Shown: in pieces, positions 56,316 through 64,000 of the stretch
Layout: each line of letters opens with the position of its first letter
How positions within the stretch are numbered: the first letter of the stretch is position 1
DNA from: a virus
Reading direction: 5' to 3' (one strand)
Length of the DNA: 64,000 nt
IMG/VR virus record: IMGVR_UViG_3300045973_000529
Coordinates: 32,001 to 96,000 of that record
Notes under the pieces: generated by a model
What the model was told of the DNA's origin: nothing
The model's database searches: none
Seen by the model: the letters and a program-made list of their open reading frames with translations, nothing else
Program-made: the position numbers and the translations under genes

Positions 56316-56591
56316 ATGTCGCGTACCCCCATCATTGTGCCAGGTCAAGTGTACCTGCATCCCGTGTTCAACGAGTACTTCGTTGTGACGAAGGCAACCC
56401 GCGGTGACATCCAATTTCGGGGACCCGGTTTCAGGGGGATGCACGAGGTCGAGTTGTTTCTCCAGCGCTTCCAACCGGTCGACAGCAATGATCTGAACGG
56501 CGCGGAAATCCAAGCGCTTGCCGAGTTCACAACCGCGCCGCTCAGCACCGGCTGGGTTGCCCGCGATGACGACGAGTTCGATGAGGAGTGA
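56316..56591 (+). CDS. Hypothetical protein
   Basis: SD agga. Confidence 0.75.
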   Translation: MSRTPIIVPGQVYLHPVFNEYFVVTKATRGDIQFRGPGFRGMHEVELFLQRFQPVDSNDLNGAEIQALAEFTTAPLSTGWVARDDDEFDEE

Positions 56592-56594
56592 CCT

Positions 56595-57074
56595 ATGGCG
56601 AAGATTCTTACTTCACGCGATGATGAACCCAGTGTCATCGGCACCATTCAAGAGCTCATTGGCATTGGGTGCGATGTCATGGGGCTTGACACCGAAGAAC
56701 CATCTGATGATCTTGAAGACACAGTTGGTGAGCTGATCGACGTGGTCGTCGGCATGGCGAACAAGATCGACGATCAAGCGACAATGATCGGGGTCCTGAA
56801 CATGGACGCGCTCGGGATGAGCATGGCGAACATGGCGCTTCGCAGTGACCTGATGCAGGCGGTTCGCGTCATCAGCGCGCTTGGTGCGCGCGTTCAAGAC
56901 GGTGGACATGCGTTCCAGCATGCGTACACGGCGTTTACCGCGAACTCAGTCGCGAGTTACGACCACACGAATGGCGCAATCGAGATCACGTACCGCGAAG
57001 ACGATCTTCGCAAGGCACTTGCCTCGGCCATCGAGGACTACATCACCGAAGTGGCGCGTTCAGCACTTGCCTGA
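56595..57074 (+). CDS. Hypothetical protein
   Basis: SD gaggag. Confidence 0.75.
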   Translation: MAKILTSRDDEPSVIGTIQELIGIGCDVMGLDTEEPSDDLEDTVGELIDVVVGMANKIDDQATMIGVLNMDALGMSMANMALRSDLMQAVRVISALGARVQDGGHAFQHAYTAFTANSVASYDHTNGAIEITYREDDLRKALASAIEDYITEVARSALA

Positions 57075-57494
57075 ACCATGCGGCCGTGTTAGCACGGCAT
57101 CTCCATAAAGGGACCTCAGGTACGCTGAGTGTCCCTTTTCTGCTTCCTTGGCTTCAGCCATCGTTAGCCCACCCTCAATGACCCTGAAGGATAACTGCAC
57201 CGCGGTGACGTCGTAGAGTTCATCGGTGAAGAGCTCGCTGATGCCGACGTTGATCGTGGCTCGCGCATTTCGGAAGTTGCTCTTGTGCCCAGAGAGACGG
57301 GTCTTCGGACTTTTGGTACGGCCTGCGTACCAAAAGGTTTCGGTCTGCGCACCTCGCGTTAGATCGAACTGCAACTCGTAGACGCTTTGCTTCCCGGGTT
57401 CGTGGCTCCCGTCGTCAAGGCTATCCGTGAAAGGAATGGATTTGAGATGCTGCGCGTATTGAGCAGCAAGCCCGTTCAAAGAGTTGGTGGTCAT
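57060..57494 (-). CDS. GIY-YIG-like endonuclease
   Basis: SVYEL...WYAGRT....RLSGH...AKEAE. Confidence 0.65.
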   Translation of the reverse strand: MTTNSLNGLAAQYAQHLKSIPFTDSLDDGSHEPGKQSVYELQFDLTRGAQTETFWYAGRTKSPKTRLSGHKSNFRNARATINVGISELFTDELYDVTAVQLSFRVIEGGLTMAEAKEAEKGHSAYLRSLYGDAVLTRPHGSGKC

Positions 57495-57524
57495 TGCTGC
57501 TCTTGGTGATGAACAGCTTCTGGC

Positions 57525-57593
57525 ATTCTAAGTTACAGATTTCTTGGACCGTTACACTTCCGTGGTTCTCGAACCCGAAACTCATGTTAAGAT
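57525..57593. promoter_or_regulatory. Divergent promoter region: minus -10 TAGAAT (57525-57530), tandem GTTACA boxes (57532, 57551), plus -10 TAAGAT (57588-57593)
   Basis: Near-copy of 62867-62928. Confidence 0.7.
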
Positions 57594-57600
57594 GCCTGTC

Positions 57601-57966
57601 ATGAACACCCCTACCTTCTTCTTCGCAGCCACGGACATCGTGGTCACGGGTTCCAACCCCGAAAACGCGGACGTCACGAATCCTCGCGGCGAGTACTTCG
57701 GTTCCGCAGGTTACGTGGTCGCTGAGGACGCCGTCGGCAATCGCGTTCGCCTGCACATCAAGACCGAGCAACGCGATGCCGACGCTCTTGCCGCAGCCGG
57801 TCGCGTTGCCGATGCGCTGAACGCTCGCCTGGCTTCTGGCAAGCTGCCCGTCGCGTTCGATCGTTGGGAGGAAACCTTCCCCGCCTACGGCTCCGCTGCG
57901 TACGACCCGCAAGAAGAGATTGAATGGGAACGTCGCGTCGAAGAAGACGCCGCCTGGTGTCAGTGA
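57601..57966 (+). CDS. Hypothetical early protein (leaderless candidate)
   Basis: ATG 7 nt after the -10. Confidence 0.75.
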   Translation: MNTPTFFFAATDIVVTGSNPENADVTNPRGEYFGSAGYVVAEDAVGNRVRLHIKTEQRDADALAAAGRVADALNARLASGKLPVAFDRWEETFPAYGSAAYDPQEEIEWERRVEEDAAWCQ

Positions 57967-58175
57967 TGGCAACCCCAGCGCAACCCATGCTCTGGACACA
58001 GAGCACGAAGACCTCGCTCGCCGCGCTGACCATCGGCACGGTCTGCTGGGTGTACTCGCAGGACACCACGCGCTGCCAGACCGCCGTGCGAGCCGAAGAC
58101 GGCTGGCGCTGCCACGGTCAAGACCACTTCTACGTTTCTGGCGTCTCCAAGTTCATCGTTCTCCCCACGAAGTAA
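57966..58175 (+). CDS. Hypothetical protein
   Basis: TGATG overlap. Confidence 0.65.
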   Translation: MATPAQPMLWTQSTKTSLAALTIGTVCWVYSQDTTRCQTAVRAEDGWRCHGQDHFYVSGVSKFIVLPTK

Positions 58176-58180
58176 CCACC

Positions 58181-58396
58181 ATGAAACTGCATCGCGAAAA
58201 GGCGCTGCGCGAAATCCTCGCCAGCGAAGACACCATCGAAACTGCCGTGAACGGGCAGACCGCTCAAGAGCAGCGCCAGGCGGGATACGCCGCGCGCCGC
58301 GAAGCCGAGCTGGACGCCCTGGGCCGCTGGATGAACTCCAAGCAGCGCCGTAATCTCCGCAAGACACTGGAACGCGCGAACGCGCAAGAGGACTGA
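58181..58396 (+). CDS. Hypothetical protein
   Basis: Start moved to ATG 58181. Confidence 0.7.
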   Translation: MKLHREKALREILASEDTIETAVNGQTAQEQRQAGYAARREAELDALGRWMNSKQRRNLRKTLERANAQED

Positions 58397-58399
58397 CTC

Positions 58400-58669
58400 A
58401 TGAAACTGCTCAAGGAACTCGCCATGTACAAGAGCCTGTACGTGATGCAGCTGCAGGCCGAAGATGCCCTGAAGACCTGCACACCCGCCGAGAAGCCGGT
58501 GCTGGAAGCGCTGCTGACCGTGAACGATCTCGACATGGCGCGACTGCTCATCGCCGAAGCCACGGGCGATGAAGAGACGGCCAAGACGCTGCGCGAGTGG
58601 CTCGTGAAGAAGACCATGCGCAAGGCCGGCACGTCGAAGTTCTCGGATCCGTTCGGGCTCCTGCCCTGA
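58400..58669 (+). CDS. Hypothetical protein
   Basis: SD gagga. Confidence 0.75.
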   Translation: MKLLKELAMYKSLYVMQLQAEDALKTCTPAEKPVLEALLTVNDLDMARLLIAEATGDEETAKTLREWLVKKTMRKAGTSKFSDPFGLLP

Positions 58670-58673
58670 GAGA

Positions 58674-58711
58674 TGTAACGGTCAGCACACCGTCCCGAAC
58701 CGTGATAGAAT
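58674..58711 (+). promoter_or_regulatory. TGTAAC box plus extended -10 TG-A-TAGAAT
   Basis: Box 26 nt upstream of the -10. Confidence 0.6.
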
Positions 58712-58732
58712 GATCTTCTCAACGGAGAAAAC

Positions 58733-60013
58733 ATGTCACTGTTCAACGTTCCCCGTCTTCAACAATACCGTGCTCTCGGCTACAACGTCCTGCTGTCCGG
58801 CCATGCCGGCGTCGGCAAGACGGCCGTGATCACGAAGGTCTTCGAAGGGCTGAAGTGGAAGTACTTCAGTGCCCCGACGATGGACCCGTGGGTCGATCTC
58901 GTCGGCGTGCCGCATCCAGTCGACGACAAGGTGCGTGGTGGCAAGGTCCTCGAGCTCGTGCGCCCCGAGTTCATCAAGGCTGATGACATCGAGGCGATCT
59001 TCATCGATGAGCTGAACCGCGCACCGGACAAGGTGCTGAACGCGCTGATGGAGCTGATCCAGTTCGGGAGCATCAACGGCCTGAAGCTGAACAACCTCAA
59101 GATGATCTGGGCGGCCATCAACCCTGACGACGACGAGGGCGAATACGCGGTGAACAAGCTCGACCGCGCGCTCAAGGACCGCTTCCAAGTCCAGATCGAA
59201 GTGCCGTTCAAGCTCGACGAGGAATGGTTCAACGCCAAGTACCCCGACGTCGGTCCCGCGTTCTGCAGCTGGTGGAATGACCTGCCGTTGGACCTCAAGA
59301 AGGACATCTCGCCGCGCCGCCTCGATTACGCAGCGGAAGCGTACCTGAACGACTGCCATCTCGGCGATTTCCTGCCGGAACGCGCGAACATCGGCAAGCT
59401 CCGCCAGTCCATCAAGGCCGTGCCATTCGCCGAGCAGCTCGCCGCGATCAAGACCGAAGCCGAGGCCAGGAAGTTCCTGAGCTCCATCAACAACGCGACG
59501 CGACTGCTGCAGCTCGCAACGGCCAAGAACCCGCAGGCCGTCGAGTTCTTCAACAAGTTCCGCTCAGTCATGCCACAGGAACTCGTGGATGCGTTGACAC
59601 CCGCGGTTGCTGCAGCCGCCGCGAATGCGCGAGTCACGACGCTGGCCGAGCTGCTGCCCTCGATCGACAAGGCCGGAAAGCTCGGCGAAGTCGAGCTCAC
59701 GCATCTCTTCAACGAGCCGGCTTTCGTGTACCAAAGCGGCTCGCTCGAGGAGGACATCAAGCGCCAGGTGCGAATCGGTTCCGCGTCGTTCCGCAAGCTC
59801 GTGGGACACCTGAACCTCGTGCTCGGCAAGGCCGCCAAGCCGACGCTCGCCAAGGCCTGCCTGAAAGCCGATGGAACTCGCACGAATCTCGCGACGATCG
59901 CGATGCACATCGCAGCGCACGACACGACGTTCCAGTGGTTCTCGAAGGAAGAGCGCAAGAAGATCAACGCCCACACGTACCTCCATGGCGTTGCCGCAGC
60001 GAAGTGGATGTAA
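58733..60013 (+). CDS. MoxR/dynein-related AAA+ ATPase
   Basis: GHAGVGKT, IDELNRA, WAAINP, LDRALKDRF, SPRR. Confidence 0.88.
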   Translation: MSLFNVPRLQQYRALGYNVLLSGHAGVGKTAVITKVFEGLKWKYFSAPTMDPWVDLVGVPHPVDDKVRGGKVLELVRPEFIKADDIEAIFIDELNRAPDKVLNALMELIQFGSINGLKLNNLKMIWAAINPDDDEGEYAVNKLDRALKDRFQVQIEVPFKLDEEWFNAKYPDVGPAFCSWWNDLPLDLKKDISPRRLDYAAEAYLNDCHLGDFLPERANIGKLRQSIKAVPFAEQLAAIKTEAEARKFLSSINNATRLLQLATAKNPQAVEFFNKFRSVMPQELVDALTPAVAAAAANARVTTLAELLPSIDKAGKLGEVELTHLFNEPAFVYQSGSLEEDIKRQVRIGSASFRKLVGHLNLVLGKAAKPTLAKACLKADGTRTNLATIAMHIAAHDTTFQWFSKEERKKINAHTYLHGVAAAKWM

Positions 60014-60047
60014 CGCTCAGCCCAAGCCTTCGGGCTTGGGATAGAAT
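60009..60047 (+). promoter_or_regulatory. TGTAAC box, CCCAAGCC-TTCG-GGCTTGGG hairpin and -10 TAGAAT
   Basis: ATG 6 nt after the -10. Confidence 0.6.
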
Positions 60048-60053
60048 GTCTCT

Positions 60054-60272
60054 ATGAACGCCGAAACCATCCTCACCGCCGCCTTCCTGTCGCTTCTCAA
60101 CGCCGAGGAACAACAGCTCGTTTGTGATCGCATGCGCCACGGGTACGCGCTCTTCGACGCTGGTGAAGCCGAAGCCTGGCTGCGCCGGATCCTCGACGAG
60201 AAGCTGCATCTGAGCGTCAGCTACTCTGGCTTCTACAGCGGCCAGAACATTCCGGCCCCCTGCCTGCGCTGA
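60054..60272 (+). CDS. Hypothetical protein (leaderless candidate)
   Basis: Track ORF. Confidence 0.7.
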   Translation: MNAETILTAAFLSLLNAEEQQLVCDRMRHGYALFDAGEAEAWLRRILDEKLHLSVSYSGFYSGQNIPAPCLR

Positions 60273-60275
60273 ACC

Positions 60276-61535
60276 ATGAAGCACGACTTCAAGTCCATCG
60301 AGCCGATCTCGGCTGAGCTGAAGCGCGAGATCAGCGCGGAGCTCGAGCAGTTCCATCGCGTCTTCGACGTGTTCTGGGGCCTGTCCGAGATCTTCTTCGC
60401 GCCGGCCGGACACTCGCTGAAGACCGCCTGCGTCGCCTTCCCGCCCGGTGGCAAGTGCCACATGATCATCTCGAAGCCGTTCTGGGACGGCCTGAACGCT
60501 GACGAGAAGCTCTTCGTGATCATCCACGAGTGCTTGCACGTGATGCTGGACCACGGCCTGCGGAACGCGCGGAACATCCCTGGTGCGACGCCCAAGCTGA
60601 TCAACATCGCGCAGGACATCACGATCAACGAGATGATCGTCGACATGTTCAACTTCATGCGTGGCCTGATGCGCGACTGGCGCAAGTACTGCTGGATCGA
60701 GACCTGCTTCGCGGATCCGAGCCAGATCGAGCGGAACCAGGTCTTCGAGTACTACCTCAAGGAGCTGATCAAGAATCCGCCGCCCGAAGACATGGACTCC
60801 ATGGATGACCACGACGAACTCGGCGGCTACAATGACGGTGATCCGGATCCGCTCGCGCAACAGCTCGGCGAGTACCTGACCTGGGACGAACTTCAGGCCA
60901 TGGTGAAGTCCATGGGCAAGGAAGACGGTCGCGGCATCGGACTCTCGCCGTTCAACGTGATCCTCGAGAATCGCACTCCCGCGGTCGTGGACTTCAACAT
61001 GCTCGTGCGGAAGCTCAAGCGGAATGCGAAGGCCAAGGCCTACAAGGAAGAAGACTCGTTCGCTCGCAGCCCGCGCCGCTTCGCCAGCGTCTCATCTTCC
61101 ATCATCCTGCCGGGCCGGCTCGAAGGCAAGCCGCACCATCAGACCCTGATCACTGCGCTGTTCTTCGACGTGTCTGGCTCCTGCATGAGCTACTTCAACA
61201 CCTTCAACGCGGTGCGCCAGGCCTTCGAGAAGGAAGAGAAGCTCTTCGACATAAGGACCTATGCCTTCGACACGCGAGTGCAACCGGTGAAGCCTGGTGA
61301 GAAGCTGGCTGTAGGCGGTGGCACCTCGTTCGACATCATCGAGACCGAGTGCCGCAAGCTCGAGCTCGAGACCGGCAAGTACCCTGATTGTGTCGTCGTC
61401 ATCACGGACGGCGAAGGAAACCGCGTCGCTCCGAAGCACCCTGGCCGCTGGGTTTGGCTGCTCACGAAGGGTGCCAAGCAGACATACATCGATTCCCGCT
61501 CAGCCGCCTGGCCAATCGCCAACGTCACCTTCTAA
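60276..61535 (+). CDS. HEXXH metallopeptidase-like plus VWA domain protein (DUF2201-like MoxR partner)
   Basis: IIHECLHVMLDH, NIAQDITIN, FDVSGSC, GGGTSF, VITDGEG. Confidence 0.88.
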   Translation: MKHDFKSIEPISAELKREISAELEQFHRVFDVFWGLSEIFFAPAGHSLKTACVAFPPGGKCHMIISKPFWDGLNADEKLFVIIHECLHVMLDHGLRNARNIPGATPKLINIAQDITINEMIVDMFNFMRGLMRDWRKYCWIETCFADPSQIERNQVFEYYLKELIKNPPPEDMDSMDDHDELGGYNDGDPDPLAQQLGEYLTWDELQAMVKSMGKEDGRGIGLSPFNVILENRTPAVVDFNMLVRKLKRNAKAKAYKEEDSFARSPRRFASVSSSIILPGRLEGKPHHQTLITALFFDVSGSCMSYFNTFNAVRQAFEKEEKLFDIRTYAFDTRVQPVKPGEKLAVGGGTSFDIIETECRKLELETGKYPDCVVVITDGEGNRVAPKHPGRWVWLLTKGAKQTYIDSRSAAWPIANVTF

Positions 61536-61543
61536 GGACCACC

Positions 61544-61906
61544 ATGAACTTTGCCCTTGAACTCGCTCGCGAAATGGATCGTCGCTTCCAGAGCGGAAAC
61601 GCGATCGCCATCGAGAAGGCCACTGTCCCGACTTTCGAGTGGAAGCTCCTGTACGCGGCCATCGAGACTGACACGGCTTCGCTCGCGGATGCGCTGACCC
61701 GCATCGACGCGATGCAAGCCAAGATCGACGCGCTGATGCTCGAGTTCTGTCCCGAGGACATGACGCCTGAGCAGATCGCTGAATGGGGTGCGCACCAGCG
61801 CCCGGTCAGCGAAGTCGACGCGACGTTCGATCTGTCGTTCGCCGCGAGAGACCTGCCGCCCGCGGATCTGGCCGAGTTGGCCGGGTCTCGTCACATCCCC
61901 ACCTGA
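61544..61906 (+). CDS. Hypothetical protein
   Basis: SD aagga. Confidence 0.7.
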   Translation: MNFALELAREMDRRFQSGNAIAIEKATVPTFEWKLLYAAIETDTASLADALTRIDAMQAKIDALMLEFCPEDMTPEQIAEWGAHQRPVSEVDATFDLSFAARDLPPADLAELAGSRHIPT

Positions 61907-61915
61907 GGAAATCAC

Positions 61916-62230
61916 ATGACCACTGTTGCCGAAGACCTGCTGAACTCCATCCAAGCCGCGTACGACGAGCGTGCCCGGCTGCTCCACGCCGCCGAGATGA
62001 CGACCGTGCGTATCAAGCGCCTCCAAGCCGAGCACGGCGTCGCGAGCAATCCGCCGACCTGGAAGAACACGCTGAAGAACGACGGCCGCGTCAGCGGCGA
62101 TGCCTTCAGCCGCATGGCCAGCGAACTCGGGTACAAGTACACCCTGTGGAACGACCGCATCTATCACGTGGATCACGACGCCGAGAACAACGACACCGGC
62201 CTGACGGTCGAATACCTGGAGCGGACATGA
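61916..62230 (+). CDS. Hypothetical protein
   Basis: SD gagga. Confidence 0.75.
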   Translation: MTTVAEDLLNSIQAAYDERARLLHAAEMTTVRIKRLQAEHGVASNPPTWKNTLKNDGRVSGDAFSRMASELGYKYTLWNDRIYHVDHDAENNDTGLTVEYLERT

Positions 62231-62487
62231 ACAAAGCAGAACTGAAGGCCCTCATCACGCGCGAGCTGACGGCCGCCGCTCAAGCCCAGATTCGTGAAGC
62301 GCTCGAAATGCGGATCAAGGCAGCTCGCATGCTGACTGAAGCGAATGCGCTGCTGGAGGCCGCCACCAAGCGAATCGACTGCGACACTAATGGGCAACAC
62401 GAGTTCCAGACGGTGCCCGGCACCGGCATGATGGGCGACCGCTTCGAAGAGAAGTGCATTCACTGCGGATGGGTACACACATGCTGA
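62227..62487 (+). CDS. Hypothetical protein (helical N-terminus, C-terminal H...CIHC)
   Basis: ATGA overlap. Confidence 0.7.
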   Translation: MNKAELKALITRELTAAAQAQIREALEMRIKAARMLTEANALLEAATKRIDCDTNGQHEFQTVPGTGMMGDRFEEKCIHCGWVHTC

Positions 62488-62861
62488 TCTCTGAACACAT
62501 CGCGTTCCTGCAACGCCAGCTCGAAGAACTCGGCGACGTCGAGTTCCTGAAGCTCGACTGCGAATGGGGTGCAGCCGAGTTCGATCACAAGCCGAGCGAG
62601 TACCGGCGCGTGACCTTGCCTGAAGGCACCGAGCTGATCAGCGTCGAACACTACCAGCTCTCGCACCAGAACATCCAGCAGCACAATGAAAGCTTCACCG
62701 CGCTCGAGGACCTGATCGAAGAAGCGAAGCACAACCCAGCCAGCGTGAACGCGCTCTTCGGCGATCCGGACGAGGTCATGAAGTTCTACATGATCGGCTA
62801 CCACCGCGATCTGGCCATCGTCAAGGCCTGGCACGAGTCGCCGAGAGTTCTGGTGCTCTGA
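62481..62861 (+). CDS. Hypothetical protein
   Basis: Overlaps the upstream stop. Confidence 0.7.
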   Translation: MLISEHIAFLQRQLEELGDVEFLKLDCEWGAAEFDHKPSEYRRVTLPEGTELISVEHYQLSHQNIQQHNESFTALEDLIEEAKHNPASVNALFGDPDEVMKFYMIGYHRDLAIVKAWHESPRVLVL

Positions 62862-62866
62862 GGACA

Positions 62867-62928
62867 GTTACAGATCTCTGGAACCGTTACACTCTCCGGC
62901 AGTTTTCTGGCCGAAACCGGGTTATAGT
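62867..62928 (+). promoter_or_regulatory. Tandem GTTACA boxes (62867, 62886) plus -10 TATAGT
   Basis: Boxes 19 nt apart; the proximal box is 31 nt from the -10. Confidence 0.7.
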
Positions 62929-62961
62929 TCACCTATCGCATCGACAACCCCGGAGAAACGA

Positions 62962-63963
62962 ATGTCCAATACCTGCCAAGTCGCGTTCAACCAAGTCCTC
63001 GGTCGCTGGGAAGCGAACTTCAACGGCCGCACGCTGGCCTCGTCGAAGGACCCGGTCGGCGGCCCCGAGTATCTGAAGCGCGTCATCGAAGGCGGCTTCA
63101 GCAACAAGGCCAAGAACCTGAACGTCACGAAGTGCAACGTTATCGGCGGCCCGGTTCTGAACGCCGTCACCGCGACTCTCGAAGCTGCCGAGCCCGAAGC
63201 GCCGGTCGTGACGCTGGAAAGCGAATTCAGCATCAACGAGCGCTTCGACATCATGGTGGACTACGCCGACATGGTCGCCAAGCGCGAACTCGCTTCGGCC
63301 CTGGTCACTGGCGACGGCGGTCTCGGCAAGACCTTCACAGTCATGAAGACCCTCCGCGCCAGCGGCCTGCAGGATGTCAGCAAGATGGACATCGGCGCCA
63401 AGTTCGATGGCCAACGCGGTTACGTCGTCGTTAAGGGCTACAGCACTGCCAAGGGTCTCTTCCGCACGCTGTACGAAAACCGCAACCAAATCATCGTGTT
63501 CGACGACTGCGACAGCGTCCTGAAGGACCCGACCGCCGTGAACATCCTGAAGGCCGCGCTCGACAGCTACGACGTTCGCATGGTCACCTGGAACGCCGAA
63601 GGCTGGGGCAGCGACGAGGATCTCCCCAAGAGCTTCGAGTTCACTGGTGGTGTGATCTTCATCAGCAACATGCCGAAGCACAAGGTGCCGTCGCCGATTC
63701 GCAGTCGCGCTATGAGTGCTGACGTGAGCATGACCCGCCTCGAAGTCATCGAACGCATGCGCATGATCGTGGCGTCGCCCGAGTTCATGCCCGAGTTCGA
63801 TGACGAGCACAAGCTCGAAGCGCTCGAGTTCGTCGCCGACAACGCGAACCACCCGCTCGTTCCGACGCTGAATCTCCGCTCGCTCGTGAACGTCGTCAAG
63901 GCCCGCGCCGCGAAGCCCGACACGTGGCGCCGCCTGGCTCTGTACTCGATGGCCAACGCCTAA
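62962..63963 (+). CDS. P-loop / AAA-like ATPase
   Basis: GDGGLGKT, VFDDCD, IFISN, IRSR; SD ggag. Confidence 0.85.
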   Translation: MSNTCQVAFNQVLGRWEANFNGRTLASSKDPVGGPEYLKRVIEGGFSNKAKNLNVTKCNVIGGPVLNAVTATLEAAEPEAPVVTLESEFSINERFDIMVDYADMVAKRELASALVTGDGGLGKTFTVMKTLRASGLQDVSKMDIGAKFDGQRGYVVVKGYSTAKGLFRTLYENRNQIIVFDDCDSVLKDPTAVNILKAALDSYDVRMVTWNAEGWGSDEDLPKSFEFTGGVIFISNMPKHKVPSPIRSRAMSADVSMTRLEVIERMRMIVASPEFMPEFDDEHKLEALEFVADNANHPLVPTLNLRSLVNVVKARAAKPDTWRRLALYSMANA

Positions 63964-64000
63964 TCGGCCACCGACCAGCGACACGACGTGCGTCGCTGGT

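Noticed and set aside
1-64000. Stop-codon reassignment
   Set aside because: Conserved genes are full-length under the standard code, and TAA, TGA and TAG all act as stops.
63974-64000. Hairpin ACCAGCGAC...GTCGCTGGT after the last gene
   Set aside because: Plausible terminator, but truncated by the window edge so a U tract cannot be checked.

Overview
This 64 kb window (GC-rich by eye) is part of a large lytic dsDNA phage genome, most likely a T4-superfamily or jumbo myovirus of a Gram-negative host. No tRNA, rRNA, CRISPR array, integrase or reverse transcriptase was found. There are two transcriptional classes. Virion genes (a tail fibre running off the left edge, the 35.4-48.6 kb fibre cluster and the 53-56 kb structural genes) and two kinase-like genes follow a T4-late-like (C/G/T)TAAATA(G/C) motif. 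Early and middle genes follow sigma70-like -10 hexamers, often with a GTTACA/TGTAAC box at fixed spacing, and seven of them look leaderless. The most notable content is a dispersed cytosine hypermodification toolkit: a thymidylate synthase paralogue with the cytosine-specifying Asp (in addition to a canonical ThyA), a dNMP kinase, a clear T4 beta-glucosyltransferase homologue, and an RB69-type NDP-pentose module (arabinose-5-phosphate isomerase plus a nucleotidyltransferase-kinase fusion). Together these suggest a BGT-fold enzyme may add a non-glucose sugar. Also present are tandem late-expressed kinase-like proteins with head-protein-like N-termini, an intact alanine dehydrogenase, type II topoisomerase subunits, DinG and UvrD helicases, RNA ligase, PhoH, two J-domain proteins, a MoxR/VWA pair and many unannotated microproteins. 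All product calls come from motifs read by eye and from recalled family sequences; no database search was run.
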